The notes under the pieces were generated by a model that saw only the letters and a list, made by a program, of their open reading frames with translations, searched no databases and was not told the origin of the DNA. A DNA stretch of 64,000 bases from Antedon mediterranea (taxonomy: Eukaryota; Animalia; Echinodermata). The position numbers were made by a program, and so were the translations under genes. Below are positions 1-9,199 of the stretch, in pieces. Position 1 is the stretch's first letter; every line of letters begins with the position of its first letter. The stretch is from assembly GCF_964355755.1 (NCBI RefSeq), contig NC_092680.1, forward strand, positions 11,160,001 through 11,224,000, written 5' to 3'.

Positions 1-64
1 ATACGATATTAAGCTATTTTGTGATCTTTGATGTTTTTGTGTGAAAAGTTTTATCGAAATGCTC

Positions 65-142
65 AAAATGGTCTAAAACGGTTTCTATTGTGATTTTAAG
101 CACTTTGATGATTTTGTGTAACCAAGTTTCATCGAAATGTAC
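65..142 (+). repeat. Representative 78-bp short monomer (class C: ...AAAACGGTTTCTAWTGTGATTTTAAGCACTTTGATG...)
   Basis: Anchor-to-anchor distance is 65 to 143. It lacks the 10-bp AAGCTWTTCT segment present in class D. Confidence 0.92.
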
Positions 143-230
143 AAAATGGTCTAAAACGTCTCCAAATGCGATTTGAAGCTATTCTAAGTACTTTTGTGTT
201 TTTATGTTAACAAGTTTTTTCGAAAATCAC
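143..230 (+). repeat. Representative 88-bp monomer (class D: ...AAAACGTCTCCAAATGCGATTTGAAGCTWTTCTAAGYACTTTKGTGTTTTTATGTTAACAAGTTTTTTCGAAAATCAC)
   Basis: Anchor-to-anchor distance is 143 to 231. Near-identical copies occur throughout, including a GAAGATATTCTGAGC/GAGGATATTCTGAGC subvariant. Confidence 0.93.
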
Positions 231-317
231 AAAATGGTCTAAAACGTCTTCAAATGCGATTTGAAGCTATTCTGTACACTTTGATGTTTTGTGTGAAAAA
301 GTTTTGTCGAAATGCTC
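231..317 (+). repeat. Representative 87-bp monomer (class A: ...GAAGCTATTCTGTACACTTTGATGTTTTGTGTGAAAAAGTTTTGTCGAAATGCTC)
   Basis: Anchor-to-anchor distance is 231 to 318. It is normally followed by class B (AAAACGTTTTTAAATACGATATTAAGC, 84-88 bp). Confidence 0.92.
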
Positions 318-3300
318 AAAATGGTCAAAAATGGTTTCTAATGTGATTTTAAGCACAAGCACTTTGGTGTTTTTATGTTAACAAGTTTTTTCGAAAATCA
401 CAAAATGGTCTAAAACGTCTCCAAATGCGATTTGAAGATATTCTGAGCACTTTGGTGTTTTTATGTTAAAAAGTTTTTTCGAAAATCACAAAATGGTCTA
501 AAACGTCTCAAAATGCGATTTGAAGCTAATCTGTACACTTTGATGTTTTGTGTGAAAAAGTTTTGTCGAAATGCTCAAAATGGTCTAAAACGTTTTTAAA
601 TACGATATTAAGCTATTTTGTGCTCTTTGATGTTTTTGTGTAACCAAGTTTCATCGAAAATCACAAAATGGTCTAAAACGTCTTCAAATGCGATTTGAAG
701 CTATTCTGTACACTTTGATGTTTTGTGTGAAAAAGTTTTGTCAAAATGCTCAAAATGGTCTAAAACGTTTTTAAAACGATATTAAGCTATTTTGTGCTCT
801 TTGATGTTTTTGTGTAACCAAGTTTCATCGAAAATCACAAAATGGTCTAAAACGTCTCCAAATGCGATTTGAAGCTTTTCTAAGCACTTTGGTGTTTTTA
901 TGTTAACAAGTTTTTTCGAAAATCACGAAATGGTCTAAAATGTCTCCAAATGCGATTTGAAGATATTCTGAGCACTTAGATGTTTTTGTGTGAAAAGTTT
1001 TATCGAAATGCTCAAAATGGTCTAAAACGGTTTCTAATGCGATTTGAAGCTATTCTGTACACTTTGAAGTTTTTTGTGAAAAAGTTTTCTCGAAATGCTC
1101 AAAATGGTCTAAAACGTTTTTATATACCATATTAAGCTATTTTGTGCACTTTTATGTTTTGTGTGAAAAAGTTTTGTCGAAATTCTCAAAATGGTCTAAA
1201 ACGTTTTTAAATACGATATTAAGCTGTTTTGTGCACTTTGATGATTTGTGTGAAAAGTTTTAACGAAATGCTCAAAATGGTCAAAAACGGTTTCTAATGT
1301 GATTTTAAGCACTTTGATGTTTTTGTGTAACCAAGTTTTTTCAAAAATCACAAAATGGTCTAAAACGTCTCCAAATGCGATTTGAAGCTTTTCTAAGCAC
1401 TTTGGTGTTTTTATGTTTACAAGTTTTTTCGAAAATCACAAAATGGTCTAAAACGTCTCCAAATGCGATTTGAAGCTATTCTGTACACTTTGATGTTTTG
1501 TGTGAAAAAGTTTTGTCGAAATGCTCAAAATGGTCTAAAACATTTTTAAATACGATATTAAGCTATTTTGTGATCTTTGATGTTTTTGTGTGAAAAGTTT
1601 TATCGAAATGCTCAAAATGGTCTAAAACGGTTTCTATTGTGATTTTAAGCACTTTGATGATTTTGTGTAACCAAGTTTTATCGAAATGTACAAAATGGTC
1701 TAAAACGTCTCCAAATGCGATTTGAAGCTATTCTAAGTACTTTTGTGTTTTTATGTTAACAAGTTTTTTCGAAAATCACAAAATGGTCTAAAACGTCTTC
1801 AAATGCGATTTGAAGCTATTCTGTACACTTTGATGTTTTGTGTGAAAAAGTTTTGTCAAAATGCTCAAAATGGTCTAAAACGTTTTTAAAACGATATTAA
1901 GCTATTTTGTGCTCTTTGATGTTTTTGTGTAACCAAGTTTCATCGAAAATCACAACATGGTATAAAACGTCTCCAAATGCGATTTGAAGCTTTTCTAAGC
2001 ACTTTGGTGTTTTTATGTTAACAAGTTTTTTCGAAAATCACAAAATGGTCTAAAACGTCTCCAAATGCGATTTGAAGCTTTTCTAAGCACTTTGGTGTTT
2101 TTTTGTTAACAAGTTTTTTCAAAAATCTTGAAATGGTCTAAAATGTCTCCAAATGCGATTTGAAGATATTCTGAGCACTTTGGTGTTTTTATGTTAAAAA
2201 GTTTTTTCGAAAATCACAAAATGGTCTAAAACGTCTCCAAATGCGATTTGAAGCTCTTCTGTACACTTTGATGTTTTGTGTGAAAAAGATTTGTCGATAT
2301 GCTCAAAATGGTCTAAAACGTTTTTAAATACGATATTAAGCTGTTTTGTGCACTTTAATGATTTGTGTGAAAAGTTTTACGAAATGCTCAAAATGGTCTA
2401 AAACGGTTTCTAATGTGATTTTAAGCACTTTGATGTTTTTGTGTAACCAAGTTTTTTCGAAAATCACAAAATGGTCTAAAACGTCTCCAAATGCGATTTC
2501 AAGCTTTTCTAAGCACTTTGGTGTTTTTATGTTAACAAGTTTTTTCGAAAATCACAAAATGGTCTAAAACGTCTCCAAATGCGATTTGAGGATATTCTGA
2601 GCACTTTGGTGTTTTTATGTTATAAAGTTTTTTCGAAAATCACAAAATGGTCTAAAACGTCTCCAAATGCGATTTGAAGCTATTCTGTACACTTTGATGT
2701 TTTGTGTGAAAAAGTTTTGTCGAAATGCTCAAAATGGTCTAAAACGTTTTTAAAACGATATTAAGCTATTTTGTGCTCTTTGATGTTTTTGTGTAACCAA
2801 GTTTCATCGAAATCAACAAAATGGTCTAATACGTCTCCAAATGCGATTTGAAGTTTTTCCAAGCACTTTGCTGTTTTTATGTTAACAAGTTTTTTCGAAA
2901 ATCACAAAATGGTCTAAAACGTCTTCAAATGCGATTTGAAGCTATTCTGTACACTTTGATGTTTTGTGTGAAAAAGTTTTGTCGAAATGCTCAAAATGGT
3001 CTAAAACGTTTTTAAATACGATATAAAGCTATTTTGTGATCTTTGATGTTTTTGTGTGAAAAGTTTTATCGAAATGCTCAAAATGGTCTAAAACGGTTTC
3101 TAATGCGATTTGAAGCTATTCTGTACCCTTTGAAGTTTTTTGTGAAAAAGTTTTCTCGAAATGCTCAAAATGGTCTAAAAAGTTTTTATATACCATATTA
3201 AGCTATTTTGTGCACTTTGATGTTTTTTGTGAAAAGTTTTATCGAAATGCTCAAAATGGTCTAAAACGGTTTCTATTGGGATTTTAAGCACTTTGATGAT

Positions 3301-6300
3301 TTTGTGTAACCAAGTTTCATCGAAATGTACAAAATGGTCTAAAACGTCTCCAAATGCGATTTGAAGCTATTCTAAGTACTTTTGTGTTTTTATGTTAACA
3401 AGTTTTTTCGAAAATCACAAAATGGTCTAAAACGTCTTCAAATGCGATTTGAAGCTATTCTGTAACACTTTTATGTTTTGTGTGAAAAAGTTTTGTCGAA
3501 ATTCTCAAAATGGTCTAAAACGTTTTTAAATACGATATTAAGCTGTTTTGTGCACTTTGATGATTTGTGTGAAAAGTTTTAACGAAATGCTCAAAATGGT
3601 CAAAAACGGTTTCTAATGTGATTTTAAGCACTTTGATGTTTTTGTGTAACCAAGTTTTTTCAAAAATCACAAAATGGTCTAAAACGTCTCCAAATGCGAT
3701 TTGAAGCTTTTCTAAGCACTTTGGTGTTTTTATGTTAACAAGTTTTTTCGAAAATCACAAAATGGTCTAAAACGTCTCCAAATGCGATTTGAAGATATTC
3801 TGAGCACTTTGGTTTTTTTATGTTAAAAAGTTTTTTCGAAAATCACAAAATAGTCTAAAACGTCTCCAAATGCGATTTGAAGCTATTCTGTACACTTTGA
3901 TGTTTTGTGTGAAAAAGTTTTGTCGAAATGCTCAAAATGGTCTAAAACGTTTTTAAAATGATATTAAGCTATTTTGTGCTCTTTGATGTTTTTGTGTAAC
4001 CAAGTTTCATCGAAAATCACAAAAAGGTCTAAAACGTCTCAAAATGCGATTTGAAGCTTTTCTAAGCACTTTGGTGTTTTTATGTTAACAAGTTTTTTCG
4101 AAAATCACGAAATGGTCTAAAATGTCTCCAAATGCGATTTGAAGATATTCTGAGCACTTTGGTGTTTTTATGTTAAAAAGTTTTATCGAAAATCACAAAA
4201 TGGTCTAAAACGTCTCCAAATGCGATTTGAAGCTCTTCTGTACACTTTGATGTTTTGTGTGAAAAAGTTTTGTCGAAATGCTCAAAATGGTCTAAAACGT
4301 TTTTAAATACGATATTAAGCTGTTTTGTGCACTTTGATGATTTGTGTGAAAAGTTTTAACGAAATGCTCAAAATGGTCTAAAACGGTTTCTAATGTGATT
4401 TTAAGCACTTTGATGTTTTTGTGTAACCAAGTTTTATCGAAAATCACAAAATAGTCTAAAACGTCTCCAAATGCGATTTGAAGCTTTTCTAAGCACTTTG
4501 GTGTTTTTATGTTAACAAGTTTTTTCGAAAATCACAAAATGGTCTAAAACGACTCCAAATACGATTTGAAGCTATTCTGTACACTTTGATGTTTTGTGTG
4601 AAAAAGTTTTGTCGAAATGCTCAAAATGGTCTAAAACATTTTTAAATACGATATTAAGCTATTTTGTGATCTTTGATGTTTTTGTGTGAAAAGTTTTATC
4701 CAAATGCTCAAAATGGTCTAAAACGGTTTCTATTGTGATTTTAAGCACTTTGATGATTTTGTGTAACCAAGTTTCATCGAAATGTACAAAATGGTCTAAA
4801 ACGTCTCCAAATGCGATTTGAAGCTATTCTAAGTACTTTTGTGTTTTTATGTTAACAAGTTTTTTCGAAAATCACAAAATGGTCTAAAACGTCTTCAAAT
4901 GCGATTTGAAGCTATTCTGTACACTTTGATGTTTTGTGTGAAAAAGTTTTGTCAAAATGCTCAAAATGGTCTAAAACGTTTTTAAAACGATATTTAGCTA
5001 TTTTGTGCTCTTTGATGTTTTTGTGTAACCAAGTTTCATCGAAAATCACAACATGGTCTAAAACGTCTCCAAATGCGATTTGAAGCTTTTCTAAGCACTT
5101 TGGTGTTTTTATGTTAACAAGTTTTTTCGAAAATCACAAAATGGTCTAAAACGTCTCCAAATGCGATTTGAAGCTATTCTAAGTACTTTTGTGTTTTTAT
5201 GTTAACAAGTTTTTTCGAAAATCACAAAATGGTCTAAAACGTCTCCAAATGCGATTTAAAGCTCTTCTGTACACTTTGATGTTTTGTGTGAAAAAGTTTT
5301 GTCGAAATGCTCAAAATGGTCTAAAACGTTTTCAAATACGATATTAAGCTGTTTTGTGCACTTTGATGATTTGTGTGAAAAGTTTTAACGAAATGCTCAA
5401 AATGGTCTAAAACGGTTTCTAATGTGATTTTAAGCACTTTGGTGTTTTTATGTTAACAAGTTTTTTCGAAAATCACAAAATGGTCTAAAACGTCTCCAAA
5501 TGCGATTTGAGGATATTCTGAGAACTTTGGTGTTTTTTTGTTAAAAAGTTTTTTCGAAAATCACAAAATGGTCTAAAACGTCTCCAAATGCGATTTGAAG
5601 CTATTCTGTACACTTTGATGTTTTGTGTGAAAAAGTTTTGTCGAAATGCTCAAAATGGTCTAAAACGTTTTTAAATACGATATTAAGCTATTTTGTGATC
5701 TTTGATGTTTTTGTGTGAAAAGTTTTATCGAAATGCTCAAAATGGTCTAAAACGTTTTTAAAACGATATTAAGCTATTTTGTGCTCTTTGATGTTTTTGT
5801 GTAACCAAGTTTCATCGAAAATCACAAAATGGTCTAAAACGTCGCCAAATGCGATTTGAAGCTTTTCTAAGCACTTTGGTGTTTTTATGTTAACAAGTTT
5901 TTTCGAAAATCACAAAATGGTCTAAAACGTCTCCAAATGCGATTTGAAGATATTCTGAGCACTTTGGTGTTTTTATGTTAAAAAGTTTTTTCGAAAATCA
6001 CAAAATAGTCTAAAACGTCTCCAAATGCGATTTGAAGCTATTCTGTACACTTTGATGTTTTGTGTGAAAAAGTTTTGTCGAAATGCTCAAAATGGTCTAA
6101 AACGTTTTTAAAACGATATTAAGCTATTTTGTGCTCTTTGATGTTTTTGTGTAACCAAGTTTCATCGAAAATCACAAAAAGGTCTAAAACGTCTCAAAAT
6201 GCGATTTGAAGCTTTTCTAAGCACTTTGGTGTTTTTATGTTAACAAGTTTTTTCGAAAATCACGAAATGGTCTAAAATGTCTCCAAATGCGATTTGAAGA

Positions 6301-9199
6301 TATTCTGAGCACTAAGGTGTTTTTATGTTAAAAAGTTTTATCGAAAATCACAAAATGGTCTAAAACGTCTCCAAATGCGATTTGAAGCTCTTCTGTACAC
6401 TTTGATGTTTTGTGTGAAAAAGTTTTGTCGAAATGCTCAAAATGGTCTAAAACTTTTTTAAATACGATATTAAGCTGTTTTGTGCACTTTGATGATTTGT
6501 GTGAAAAGTTTTAACGAAATGCTCAAAATGGTCTAAAACGGTTTCTAATGTGATTTTAAGCACTTTGATGTTTTTGTGTAACCAAGTTTTATCGAAAATC
6601 ACAAAATAGTCTAAAACGTCTCCAAATGCGATTTGAAGCTTTTCTAAGCACTTTGGTGTTTTTATGTTAACAAGTTTTTTCGAAAATCACAAAATGGTCT
6701 AAAACGTCTCCAAATGCGATTTGAGGATATTCTGAGCACTTTGGTGTTTTTTTGTTAAAAAGTTTTTTCGAAAATCACAAAATGGTCTAAAACGACTCCA
6801 AATGCGATTTGAAGCTATTCTGTACACTTTGATGTTTTGTGTGAAAAAGTTTTGTCGAAATGCTCAAAATGGTCTAAAACATTTTTAAATACGATATTAA
6901 GCTATTTTGTGATCTTTGATGTTTTTGTGTGAAAAGTTTTATCCAAATGCTCAAAATGGTCTAAAACGGTTTCTATTGTGATTTTAAGCACTTTGATGAT
7001 TTTGTGTAACCAAGTTTCATCGAAATGTACAAAATGGTCTAAAACGTCTCCAAATGCGATTTGAAGCTATTCTAAGTACTTTTGTGTTTTTATGTTAACA
7101 AGTTTTTTCGAAAATCACAAAATGGTCTAAAACGTCTTCAAATGCGATTTGAAGCTATTCTGTACACTTTGATGTTTTGTGTGAAAAAGTTTTGTCAAAA
7201 TGCTCAAAATGGTCTAAAACGTTTTTAAAACGATATTTAGCTATTTTGTGCTCTTTGATGTTTTTGTGTAACCAAGTTTCATCGAAAATCACAACATGGT
7301 CTAAAACGTCTCCAAATGCGATTTGAAGCTTTTCTAAGCACTTTTGTGTTTTTATGTTAACAAGTTTTTTCGAAAATCACAAAATGGTCTAAAACGTCTC
7401 CAAATGCGATTTGAAGCTCTTCTGTACACTTTGATGTTTTGTTTGAAAAAGTTTTGTCGAAATTCTCAAAATGGTCTAAAACGTTTTTAAATACGATATT
7501 AAGCTGTTTTGTGCACTTTGATGATTTGTGTGAAAAGTTTTAACGAAATGCTCAAAATGGTCTAAAACGGTTTCTAATGTGATTTTAAGCACTTTGATGT
7601 TTTTGTGTAACCAAGTTTTTTCGAAAATCACAAAATAGTCTAAAACGTCTCCAAATGCGATTTGAAGCTTTTCTAAGCACTTTGGTGTTTTTATGTTAAC
7701 AAGTTTTTTCGAAAATCACAAAATGGTCTAAAACGTCTCCAAATGCGATTTGAAGCTATTCTAAGTACTTTTGTGTTTTTATGTTAACAAGTTTTTTCGA
7801 AAATCACAAAATGGTCTAAAACGTCTCCAAATGCGATTTAAAGCTCTTCTGTACACTTTGATGTTTTGTGTGAAAAAGTTTTGTCGAAATGCTCAAAATG
7901 GTCTAAAACGTTTTCAAATACGATATTAAGCTGTTTTGTGCACTTTGATGATTTGTGTGAAAAGTTTTCTCGAAATGCTCAAAATGGTCTAAAACGTTTT
8001 TATATACCATATTAAGCTATTTTGTGCACTTTTATGTTTTGTGTGAAAAAGTTTTGTCGAAATTCTCAAAATGGTCTAAAACGTTTTTAAAACGATATTA
8101 AGCTATTTTGTGCTCTTTGATGTTTTTGTGTAACCAAGTTTCATCGAAAATCACAAAATGGTCTAAAACGTCTCCAAATGCGATTTGAAGCTTTTCTAAG
8201 CACTTTGGTGTTTTTATGTTAACAAGTTTTTTCGAAAATCACAAAATGGTCTAAATCGTCTCCAAATGCGATTTGAAGCTCTTCTGTACACTTTGATGTT
8301 TTGTTTGAAAAAGTTTTGTCGAAATTCTCAAAATGGTCTAAAACGTTTTTAAATACGATATTAAGCTGTTTTGTGCACTTTGATGATTTGTGTGAAAAGT
8401 TTTAACGAAATGCTCAAAATGGTCTAAAACGGTTTCTAATGTGATTTTAAGCACTTTGATGTTTTTGTGTAACCAAGTTTTTTCGAAAATCACAAAATAG
8501 TCTAAAACGTCTCCAAATGCGATTTGAAGCTATTCTGTACACTTTTATGTTTTGTGTGAAAAAGTTTTGTCGAAATGCTCAAAATGGTCTAAAACGTTTT
8601 AATATACCATATTAAGCTATTTTGTGCACTTTGATGTTTTTTGTGAAAAGTTTTATCGAAATCCTCAAAATGGTCTAAAACGGTTTCTATTGTGATTTTA
8701 AGCACTTTGATGATTTTGTGTAACCAAGTTTCATCGAAATGTACAAAATGGTCTAAAACGTCTCCAAATGCGATTTGAAGCTATTCTAAGTACTTTTGTG
8801 TTTTTATGTTAACAATTTTTTTTTAAATCACAAAATGGTCTAAAACGTCTTCAAATGCGATTTGAAGCTATTCTGTACACTTTGATGTTTTGTGTGAAAA
8901 AGTTTTGTCGAAATGCTCAAAATGGTCTAAAACGTTTTTAAATACGATATTAAGCTATTTTGAGATCTTTGATGTTTTTGTGTGAAAAGTTTTATCGAAA
9001 TGCTCAAAATGGTCTAAAACGGTTTCTATTGTGATTTTAAGCACTTTGATGATTTTGTGTAACCAAGTTTCATCGAAATGTACAAAATGGTCTAAAACGT
9101 CTCCAAATGCGATTTGAAGCTATTCGAAGTACTTTTGTGTTTTTATGTTAACAAGTTTTTTCGAAAATCACAAAATGGTCTAAAACGTCTTCAAATGCG

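Noticed and set aside
38-60. TGTGAAAAGTT motif, reminiscent from memory of soybean CentGm 91/92-bp satellites; also a possible CENP-B box
   Set aside because: The match is short and AT-rich, and I cannot align the rest of the monomer to that family without a database. No canonical CENP-B box core (TTCG-N4-A-N2-CGGG) is present. No species or family assignment is made.
2346-2567. Repeated 73-aa ORF (MCTLMICVKSF...), 13 copies in the track, plus the 92-aa variant at 40590
   Set aside because: It lies entirely in satellite monomers, starts at TTG and repeats KWSKT once per monomer. It stays open only because of a 1-bp deletion (TTTTACG) and a TGA-to-TCA variant, and the 92-aa form comes from one extra T in a T-run. 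No recognisable domain; useful only as a HOR marker.
8811-8830. T-run and A-run length variants (8816-8824, ~23791, ~33490, ~35550, ~40790)
   Set aside because: Single-copy homopolymer length changes could be sequencing or consensus errors. Only the shared TTTTTAAATCAC substitution was treated as a real marker.
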